NCBI GenBank assembly: GCA_038205925.1
Contig: JBBRBJ010000006.1
Span: forward strand, 246-64,245
Direction of reading: 5' to 3'
DNA: 64,000 bases
DNA from: Rhodobacterales bacterium
GTDB lineage: Bacteria; Pseudomonadota; Alphaproteobacteria; Rhodobacterales; Rhodobacteraceae
Part shown: piece after piece, positions 56,760 to 64,000 of the stretch
Layout of the letters: the number at the start of each line of letters is the position of its first letter
Numbering within the stretch: the stretch's first letter is position 1
The notes under the pieces: generated by a model
What the model was told of the DNA's origin: nothing
Databases searched by the model: none
Seen by the model: only the letters and a program-made list of their open reading frames with translations
Position numbers and translations under genes: made by a program

Positions 56760-57572
56760 ATGGCGGTGGGGGTGTTCGACTCTGGACTTGGCGGATTGAC
56801 GGTTCTGGACGCGCTGCAAAAGCGGCTGCCGGACGTGCCATTCGTTTATCTGGGCGACAATGCCCATGCGCCTTACGGCGTGCGCACGCATGACGACATC
56901 TTCAGTCTGACCTGTGCCGCGGTAGAACGGTTGTGGGCCGAGGGTTGCGATCTGGTGATCCTTGCCTGTAATACCGCCAGCGCAGCGGCGCTGAAGCGGA
57001 TGCAGGAAACCTGGGTGCCGCGCGACAAGCGGGTTCTGGGCGTGTTCGTGCCGCTGATCGAGGCGCTGACCGAACGCCAGTGGGGCGACAATTCCCCCCC
57101 GCGCGAGGTGGCGATCAAGCATGTGGCGCTGTTTGCCACCCCCGCCACCGTGGCCAGCCGTGCGTTTCAGCGTGAACTCGCGTTCCGCGCCATCGGCGTC
57201 GACGTCGAGGCGCAACCCTGTGGCGGGGTGGTCGATGCCATCGAACAAGGCGATGAGATTCTGGCCGAGGCACTGGTGCGCAGCCATGTCGAGGCGCTGA
57301 TGCGCCGGATGCCGCACCCCGAGGCGGCCGTGCTGGGTTGCACGCATTACCCGCTGATGCAGACTGCGTTTCAAGAGGCACTGGGGCAGGGGGTCCGCGT
57401 TTACAGTCAGGCCAATCTGGTGGCCGAGGCACTGGCCGACTACCTGACGCGCCGTCCGGAATTCGCAGGCCCGGGCCTGCAGTCTAAATATCTGACGACA
57501 GGTGACCCAAGGGCCGTATCCAGCAAGGCCACGCAGTTCATGCGTCGCCAGATCGTGTTTGAGGCGGCGTGA
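56760..57572 (+). CDS. murI: glutamate racemase
   Basis: [24 protein letters not shown]. Confidence 0.95.
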   Translation: MAVGVFDSGLGGLTVLDALQKRLPDVPFVYLGDNAHAPYGVRTHDDIFSLTCAAVERLWAEGCDLVILACNTASAAALKRMQETWVPRDKRVLGVFVPLIEALTERQWGDNSPPREVAIKHVALFATPATVASRAFQRELAFRAIGVDVEAQPCGGVVDAIEQGDEILAEALVRSHVEALMRRMPHPEAAVLGCTHYPLMQTAFQEALGQGVRVYSQANLVAEALADYLTRRPEFAGPGLQSKYLTTGDPRAVSSKATQFMRRQIVFEAA

Positions 57573-57631
57573 TGCCCCACTCGACAAATCGTCCGAACCG
57601 CCCCACATAGGGGCGATACAGGGAGGGTCGC

Positions 57632-58090
57632 ATGGCGGGCATGAAGGGGCTGAAAAAGCAGCGGCGGGTGCAGATCATTCTGCTGGCCTTTGGGGCGCTG
57701 GTCCTGTCTACCGGCCTGATCGGGTATGCCATGCGCGACGGGATCAACTTTTTCCGCAGCCCCAGTCAGGTGATGACCGATCCGCCGGGCGCGGGCGAAG
57801 TGTTTCGCATCGGCGGTCTGGTCGAGGAAGGCTCGATCATCCGCGGGCAAAGCGAGACCGTCAGCTTTCGTGTGACGGACACCAACCAGACCATTCCCGT
57901 CAGGTACACAGGTATCTTGCCCGATCTGTTTTCCGAAGGCTCGGGCATGGTCGGCACGGGCAGCATGCAAGGCGACACCTTCGTGGCAACGGAAATCCTT
58001 GCCAAGCATGACGAGAGTTACATGCCCAAGGAAGTGATCGACGCGCTGAAAGATCAGGGCGTCTATCAGGACGCCGGACAGGGCAGCTGA
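57632..58090 (+). CDS. ccmE: cytochrome c maturation heme chaperone
   Basis: FRIGGLV, GILPDLFSEG, LAKHDESY. Confidence 0.95.
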   Translation: MAGMKGLKKQRRVQIILLAFGALVLSTGLIGYAMRDGINFFRSPSQVMTDPPGAGEVFRIGGLVEEGSIIRGQSETVSFRVTDTNQTIPVRYTGILPDLFSEGSGMVGTGSMQGDTFVATEILAKHDESYMPKEVIDALKDQGVYQDAGQGS

Positions 58091-58173
58091 CCGCGCGCCC
58101 TTTTTCGTATCCGTTAACCGCACGGCGGCAGGCTGCAACCCGGGGGGAGTGATCACACACTCCGGGGAAGCTT

Positions 58174-58785
58174 ATGAAATCTGTCAGGGAAATTGCCGAG
58201 GAAATCGTCGCCCGCGAGGGCGGCTTCGTGAACGATCCAGATGATCCGGGTGGGGCCACAAATCATGGGGTGACCATCCACACCCTGCGCCGGCTGGGCA
58301 TCGACGTGAATGGCGATGCGCGGACAGATACGGGCGACGTGCGCGCGCTGACGCGTGCGCAGGCGGTAGAGATCTACGTCACGCACTACTTCAAACGTCC
58401 CGGTCTGGGCGCGCTGCCCGAGGCCATTCAGCCTTCGGTGTTCGACATGTATGTGAACGCCGGCATGAACGCGGTGAAAATTCTGCAACGGCTGTGCGGC
58501 TACATGGGGTTTCCATGCGATCCTGATGGCCAGATCGGGCCGCAGACCATCCGCGCCGCGCAATCGTCGCATGACGCGGCGCCTGCGCATTTCGCTGATG
58601 CTTACGGCATCGAGCGGCGGAACTACTATTACGCGCTGGCCGATGCGCGCCCGAAAAGCCGCAAATACGCCCGTCGCACCAATGGCACAAAGGGCGGCTG
58701 GATCTTGCGCGCCGAAGAGTTCATCAGCCCGCGCTATCATCTGACGGCGGCGCAGCATAAGGCACGGGTGGCAAAATGGGGGTGA
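58174..58785 (+). CDS. GH108 N-acetylmuramidase (GTA-type endolysin)
   Basis: REGGFVNDPDDPGGATNHGVT; C-terminal PG-binding DGQIGPQT and KGGWILR. Confidence 0.88.
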   Translation: MKSVREIAEEIVAREGGFVNDPDDPGGATNHGVTIHTLRRLGIDVNGDARTDTGDVRALTRAQAVEIYVTHYFKRPGLGALPEAIQPSVFDMYVNAGMNAVKILQRLCGYMGFPCDPDGQIGPQTIRAAQSSHDAAPAHFADAYGIERRNYYYALADARPKSRKYARRTNGTKGGWILRAEEFISPRYHLTAAQHKARVAKWG

Positions 58786-59249
58786 TTGATCAGGTCCTGG
58801 GCGGGCCGGGAGCAGTTTCAGCGCTCGGGTCGGCGGCCAAGGGGCTGGCCGAGGTGTTCACGCCTTCGGCCACGCGGCGGATGGAGTTGTCGGCCGAGGC
58901 GCAGATGGCTGCCCTTCAGCAGTTGGGCGACGAATACGGCCATCCGGCGATGGGGTGGTTTGACCGGATGGTCAGCGGTCTGAACCGGCTGCCGCGCCCC
59001 CTTCTGGCTTTTGGCACGTTGGGGCTGTTCATCTATGCCATGGTCGATCCGGTGCAGTTTGCGCGCCGCATGGTGGGGCTGAACGCGGTGCCCGAGCCGC
59101 TGTGGTGGCTGTTGGGGGCCATTGTCGCATTCTATTTCGGGGCGCGCGAAACCCATTACTTCCGCAGCCGGTTGGTGCCCGATCCCGGTACGGCCACCGA
59201 AATCAGCGCTGACAATCCCGCACTTTCCGATTGGCGCGGCGGGGCCTGA
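58776..59249 (+). CDS. holin (GTA 3-TM holin type)
   Basis: LNRLPRP, VPEPLWWLLGAIVAFYFGAR; overlaps the endolysin stop. Confidence 0.85.
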   Translation: MGVIDQVLGGPGAVSALGSAAKGLAEVFTPSATRRMELSAEAQMAALQQLGDEYGHPAMGWFDRMVSGLNRLPRPLLAFGTLGLFIYAMVDPVQFARRMVGLNAVPEPLWWLLGAIVAFYFGARETHYFRSRLVPDPGTATEISADNPALSDWRGGA

Positions 59250-59309
59250 ACTTGACCTGACCTGCGCCCTCTGGCATGGCCGGGGGGCGCAAGTCAGGAA
59301 AATGATCAA

Positions 59310-61052
59310 ATGAATATCTTCGCCGATATCCGCGCCCTTGTGGTCGACGCGCTGTCTGCCCTTCAAGCCGAGGGCACGCTGCCGCAGGGCCTCGATTTTG
59401 CCGCCGTCACGGTCGAGCCGCCCCGTGATGCAGGTCACGGCGACATGGCCACAAACGCGGCCATGGTGCTGGCCAAGCCCACGGGCAAGGCTCCGCGCGC
59501 GATTGCCGAAGCGCTGGCCGCGCGTCTGCTGGCCGATCCACGGGTCGAGGCGGCGGATGTTGCCGGCCCCGGTTTTCTGAACCTGCGGCTCGTGCCAGGC
59601 GTCTGGCGCGACGTGGTTGCAGCCGCGCTGGTGCAGGGCCAGGATTTCGGGCGCAGCCATTATGGCGCGGGCGCACGGGTCAATGTCGAGTTTGTGAGTG
59701 CCAATCCCACGGGCCCCATGCATGTGGGCCACGTGCGCGGCGCCGTGGTGGGCGATGCACTGGCCAATCTTCTGGCCTATACCGGCTTTGAGGTGACGCG
59801 CGAATATTACATCAATGACGGCGGCGCACAGGTCGATGTGCTGGCACGGTCAGCATTTGAGCGTTACCGCGAAGCCCATGGGCTGGAGCCGGAGATCCGC
59901 GAGGGGCTGTATCCGGGGGATTACCTGATCCCGGTGGGCGAAGCGTTGAAAGAGAAATATGGCGACAGCCTGCTGGACAAGGGCGAAGAGGTCTGGCTGG
60001 CGGATGTGCGCGAATTTGCAACGCAGATGATGATGCAGATGATCCGGGGCGATCTGGCGGCCCTTGGCGTGTCGATGGACGTCTATTCGTCTGAAAAGGC
60101 GCTCTATGGTACGGGCAAGATCGAGGCCGCGATCAACACCCTGCGCGGCATGGACCTGATCTATGAGGGCACGCTGGCCCCCCCCAAGGGCAAAGAACCC
60201 GAAGATTGGGAGCCGCGCATGCAGACACTGTTTCGCAGCACCGCCTTTGGCGATGACGTGGACCGCCCGGTGATGAAATCGGATGGCTCGTGGACCTATT
60301 TTGCCCCCGATATCGCCTATCATTATGACAAGGTGCAGCGCGGGTTCCACCAGTTGATCAACATCTTCGGCGCTGATCACGGCGGCTATGTCAAGCGCAT
60401 GAAGGCGGCGGTTTCGGCGTTGTCGGATGGCCGCGTCCCGCTGGACATCAAACTCGTCCAACTGGTCAAGCTGTGGAAGAACGGCGAGCCCTTCAAGATG
60501 TCGAAACGTGCGGGCACGTTCGTGACCTTGCGCGATGTGGTCGAAAGGGCGGGAGCGGATGTCACGCGCTTCATCATGCTGACGCGCAAGAATGACGTGG
60601 CGCTGGATTTCGATTTCGACAAGGTGCTGGAACAGTCCAAGGACAACCCGGTCTTTTATGTGCAATACGCCAATGCCCGCGTGAACTCGGTTCTGCGCCG
60701 CGCGGCCGAAGGCGGCATGGATGTGTCGGACGCGGCCCTTTGTGGCGCCGATCTGGGGCATCTGGCGCACCCGGCCGAACTGGCGCTGGCCAAGAAGATC
60801 GCCGAATGGCCGCGTCTGGTGGACATTGCCGCACGCGGGAATGAGCCGCACCGCGTGGCCTTCTATCTTTATGAACTCGCCGCCGATCTGCACGGCCTGT
60901 GGAACCGCGGCAATGATGACACGAGCCTGCGCTTCATTCAGGACGATGCGGCCACGTCGTTGGCAAAAATCGCCCTTGTGCGGGCCGTGGGCGTTGTCAT
61001 TTGCTCGGGTTTGGGTATCTTGGGCGTGACGCCGGTCGAGGAAATGCGCTGA
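59310..61052 (+). CDS. argS: arginyl-tRNA synthetase
   Basis: [36 protein letters not shown]. Confidence 0.97.
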   Translation: MNIFADIRALVVDALSALQAEGTLPQGLDFAAVTVEPPRDAGHGDMATNAAMVLAKPTGKAPRAIAEALAARLLADPRVEAADVAGPGFLNLRLVPGVWRDVVAAALVQGQDFGRSHYGAGARVNVEFVSANPTGPMHVGHVRGAVVGDALANLLAYTGFEVTREYYINDGGAQVDVLARSAFERYREAHGLEPEIREGLYPGDYLIPVGEALKEKYGDSLLDKGEEVWLADVREFATQMMMQMIRGDLAALGVSMDVYSSEKALYGTGKIEAAINTLRGMDLIYEGTLAPPKGKEPEDWEPRMQTLFRSTAFGDDVDRPVMKSDGSWTYFAPDIAYHYDKVQRGFHQLINIFGADHGGYVKRMKAAVSALSDGRVPLDIKLVQLVKLWKNGEPFKMSKRAGTFVTLRDVVERAGADVTRFIMLTRKNDVALDFDFDKVLEQSKDNPVFYVQYANARVNSVLRRAAEGGMDVSDAALCGADLGHLAHPAELALAKKIAEWPRLVDIAARGNEPHRVAFYLYELAADLHGLWNRGNDDTSLRFIQDDAATSLAKIALVRAVGVVICSGLGILGVTPVEEMR

Positions 61053-61119
61053 TCTGAACAGCGCCCGCCGGGACAACAGGCAAAAAGGCAGGGACCAACC
61101 CGGCCTATCGAGGCAGAGC

Positions 61120-62163
61120 ATGGCGGATATCGACTTTGACGACTACGGGGGCAGTCCCTCCATCAGCGGCGGTCACGCGCGTGGGATGGTCACCTTCGTT
61201 GGTGCGGCATGTTCGGCCGCGCTGATCATTGGCCTTGGCATTTGGGGCTACCGGCTCGCGGTCCGCGATGTCGAGGGCATTCCCGTAATCCGCGCAGGCG
61301 AAGGCCCGATGCGGATAGCGCCCGCAAATCCCGGTGGCGCGATTGCCGCCCATATGGGTCTGGCCATAAACGTGATTGCCGCAGTCGGCACCACCGACGC
61401 GCTGCCTGACGAGATTGTCCTCGCGCCGGCGCCCGCGGTTCTCAGTGAAGAAGACACCGCCGGGCTTGCGGTTCTGGCGCAGCCTGTGGCGCCTGCGTCA
61501 CTCAGGCCCGGGCCGATGCCGCTCGAGGCTGCAGCACTGACCCCAGTCGAGGTGCCGACCGGCACCGACACCCGACCCTCAAGTGGTGCGATGGATCCCG
61601 CCCCCTTGCCGGCGCCCGCTGCGGACAGCACGGATGTGGCTGTGGCCACGGCGCTGGCTGAAGCTTTGTCGCTCGACGTCGAGCCGCTGTCAGACGCCGG
61701 TGATACTGCCATTGTGTCCGACCCGCTGCCGGATGGAGACGTCGTTCCTGATGGGGTGACCACCACCAATGACGGCGGAGCAGGGATGGCCCGGTCGCTC
61801 CGCCCGAGGGCGCGGCCCGAAGGCACGCGCGTGACGGATGCGCAGACATCGGCAGAACCGGACCCGCAAACCGCCCCCCTCGCCACCGAAATCGATGCGG
61901 TGTCGCTGACCCGTGGCACGCGCCTTGTGCAACTGGGCGCTTTTGATTCCGCCGATCTGGCCCGCGCCGAATGGTCAAAGGTGGCCGCCCGCTTTGGCGA
62001 TCTGATGACGGGCAAGGCGCCGGTGGTGCAGGCAGCCGAATCCGGCGGGCGCACGTTCTACCGGCTGCGCGCGCACGGCTTTGCGGGCGAGGACGACGTG
62101 CGTCGCTTTTGTGCGGCCCTTGTCGCCGAGAATGCGGCCTGCATCCCCGCGACTGTTCGATGA
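61120..62163 (+). CDS. SPOR-domain cell-division/peptidoglycan-binding protein
   Basis: N-terminal TM; C-terminal VQLGAF...FYRLR...FCAAL....CIP. Confidence 0.88.
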   Translation: MADIDFDDYGGSPSISGGHARGMVTFVGAACSAALIIGLGIWGYRLAVRDVEGIPVIRAGEGPMRIAPANPGGAIAAHMGLAINVIAAVGTTDALPDEIVLAPAPAVLSEEDTAGLAVLAQPVAPASLRPGPMPLEAAALTPVEVPTGTDTRPSSGAMDPAPLPAPAADSTDVAVATALAEALSLDVEPLSDAGDTAIVSDPLPDGDVVPDGVTTTNDGGAGMARSLRPRARPEGTRVTDAQTSAEPDPQTAPLATEIDAVSLTRGTRLVQLGAFDSADLARAEWSKVAARFGDLMTGKAPVVQAAESGGRTFYRLRAHGFAGEDDVRRFCAALVAENAACIPATVR

Positions 62164-63194
62164 CGGGAAGGCCGGCGACGGGACGGCTGGCGACGGGACG
62201 GCTGGCCGCGATTTTTGGCTGCCTGGGTCCGGTCCTGTCAGACGACGAGGCCGCGTTTTTTCGCGATGCCGATCCGTTCGGATTTATCCTTTTCGCGCGC
62301 AACGTGGAAAGCCCGGTGCAACTGCGGGCGCTGACGGCGGACCTGCGCGCGGCAGTTGGGCGGGATGCGCCCGTCCTGATTGATCAGGAAGGCGGGCGGG
62401 TACAGCGTCTGCGCGCGCCGCAGTGGCACGAATGGGCGCCGCCCTTCGATACCGTTTCGCGCGCCCGCGATCCGGCGCGCGCGATGTGGCTGCGCTCGCG
62501 CATCATTGCGCATGAATTGCGCGGCGTGGGGGTGGACGCCAATTGTGCGCCCTGCGCCGATGTGGCGACCGACCAGACCCATCCTTTTCTGAAGAACCGG
62601 TGCTATGGCACTGATCCTGCTGTGGTTTCTGCCATTTCGCTCGCCGTGGCGGCGGGGCATCTCGCGGGTGGTGTGTTGCCGGTGATGAAGCATTTGCCCG
62701 GCCATGGCCGCGCCGCTGCCGACACGCACCACGACCTGCCATCGGTCGATGCCCCGCGCGACGTTTTGCACCGCACCGATTTTGCGCCCTTCAAGGCGCT
62801 GGCGCATCTGCCCATGGCGATGACGGCGCATGTGATTTTTTCGGCCTATGACAGCCGCCCGGCTACCCAGTCGCCCGTGATGATCCGCGCCATTCGGGAC
62901 GAGATCGGGTTCGACGGCCTCTTGATGACGGACGATCTGAACATGCAGGCACTGTCGGGAAGCCTTGGCGCCCGGACCGCTGCCAGCATGTCGGCGGGCT
63001 GTGACATTGCCTTGCACTGCAAGGGCGACATGGCCGAAATGCAGCAGGTTGCCGCCCATGCAGGCGACCAATCCCCCGCCACGGTTGCGCGGGCAAAATC
63101 TGCCCTTGCCATGCGCCGCACACCCGACCCCGTTGACATTGATGCCCTCGACGCCGAATTTCGGGGCCTGATGTCCGGGGATCCGAATGGCTGA
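62160..63194 (+). CDS. nagZ: beta-N-acetylhexosaminidase (GH3)
   Basis: ILFARN, IDQEGGRVQRL, KHLPGHG, MTDDL. Confidence 0.93.
   Translation: MTGRPATGRLATGRLAAIFGCLGPVLSDDEAAFFRDADPFGFILFARNVESPVQLRALTADLRAAVGRDAPVLIDQEGGRVQRLRAPQWHEWAPPFDTVSRARDPARAMWLRSRIIAHELRGVGVDANCAPCADVATDQTHPFLKNRCYGTDPAVVSAISLAVAAGHLAGGVLPVMKHLPGHGRAAADTHHDLPSVDAPRDVLHRTDFAPFKALAHLPMAMTAHVIFSAYDSRPATQSPVMIRAIRDEIGFDGLLMTDDLNMQALSGSLGARTAASMSAGCDIALHCKGDMAEMQQVAAHAGDQSPATVARAKSALAMRRTPDPVDIDALDAEFRGLMSGDPNG
62162..62206 (+). repeat. 15-bp tandem repeat x3 at the nagZ N-terminus (TGR[P/L]A)
   Basis: GACGGGAAGGCCGGC GACGGGACGGCTGGC GACGGGACGGCTGGC. Confidence 0.8.
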
Positions 63195-63996
63195 CGCACC
63201 CATACCGCACCCTCTTGCCGATGACTGGGGCGATGACCGCCTTGCCCCCGCCGACCGCTTGGCGGCCGAGGCGTTGATTGTGGATGTGGACGGCTTTGAG
63301 GGGCCGCTTGACCTTTTGTTGATGTTGTCGCGCACGCAAAAGGTGGATTTGCGCAAGATCTCGGTCCTGGATCTGGCAAACCAGTATCTTGGATTTGTGG
63401 AACGGGCGCGCGCGCTGCGGATCGAGTTGGCGGCGGATTATCTGGTGATGGCGGCGTGGTTGGCGTTTTTGAAGTCGCGCCTTCTGTTGCCGCCCGAGGT
63501 GGGTGAGGATGGCCCCAGCGCCGAAGATCTGGCCGCTCACCTCGCCTATCAACTGGAACGCCTGCAGGCGATGCGCGAGGCGGCAGCCCGCCTGATGGCG
63601 CGCGATCAGCGGGGTCGCGACTTCTTTGTACGTGGCATCCCCGAGGATGTGACGCGCCTGCGCCACGTCAGCTATTCGGCCACCTTGCTCGATCTGATGC
63701 GCGCCTATGCCCGCATCCGCACCCGCGACGATTTTCGCCCCTTCGTGATGGACCGGGACCATGTCTACACGATGGAACAGGCGCTTGACCGGATGCGCGG
63801 GTTGATCGGCCATGTCGGCGACTGGGCCGATCTGACCAGTTTCCTGCCCGAGGGGTGGGAGGTGAACCCCGCGCGCAGGCGTTCGGCCACGGCAGCCCAT
63901 TTTGCCGCCGTGCTGGAAATGGCCAAGGGCGGGCAGGTCGTTCTGCGGCAGGGAGAGGTGTTCGCGCCCCTGCAGATCCGGCGCAAAGACCCATGA
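63187..63996 (+). CDS. scpA: segregation/condensation protein A
   Basis: FEGPLDLLL, AADYLVMAAWLAFLKSRLLLP. Confidence 0.95.
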   Translation: MADAPIPHPLADDWGDDRLAPADRLAAEALIVDVDGFEGPLDLLLMLSRTQKVDLRKISVLDLANQYLGFVERARALRIELAADYLVMAAWLAFLKSRLLLPPEVGEDGPSAEDLAAHLAYQLERLQAMREAAARLMARDQRGRDFFVRGIPEDVTRLRHVSYSATLLDLMRAYARIRTRDDFRPFVMDRDHVYTMEQALDRMRGLIGHVGDWADLTSFLPEGWEVNPARRRSATAAHFAAVLEMAKGGQVVLRQGEVFAPLQIRRKDP

Positions 63997-64000
63997 CCGA
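63993..64000 (+). CDS. probable start of scpB (truncated by window end)
   Basis: ATGA overlap with the scpA stop; inferred only from usual gene order. Confidence 0.4.

Noticed and set aside
58174-59249. Prophage
   Set aside because: Only lysis genes; no integrase, capsid, terminase, att sites or compositional shift

Overview
GC-rich (roughly mid-60s % by eye) core chromosomal segment of an alphaproteobacterium, almost certainly Rhodobacteraceae/Paracoccaceae (sciP-ctrA-ligA-recG block, GTA-type endolysin/holin, pyrH-frr-uppS-cdsA-dxr-rseP-bamA-skp-fabZ-lpxA-lpxI-lpxB). About 58 standard housekeeping/envelope genes. I found no rRNA, tRNA, CRISPR array, IS or prophage. The interesting signals are intergenic, and several are absent from the ORF track: (1) a 38-aa hydrophobic ORF downstream of recG with three alphaproteobacterial LexA boxes over its promoter and its own terminator, a candidate SOS-induced SidA/TisB-like effector; (2) an ~85-nt sRNA with an anti-Shine-Dalgarno CCUCCC motif, promoter, LysR box and terminator directly downstream of an LsrB/VtlR-type LysR gene, an AbcR-like arrangement; (3) a 45-aa membrane ORF between rseP and bamA; (4) a 49-aa poly-Gln microprotein ending DWASI; (5) a Pho-box-like site upstream of a lipid acyltransferase. 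Product calls come from motif recognition and gene order, not from database searches. Start codons were adjusted by hand where the ORF track over-extends.
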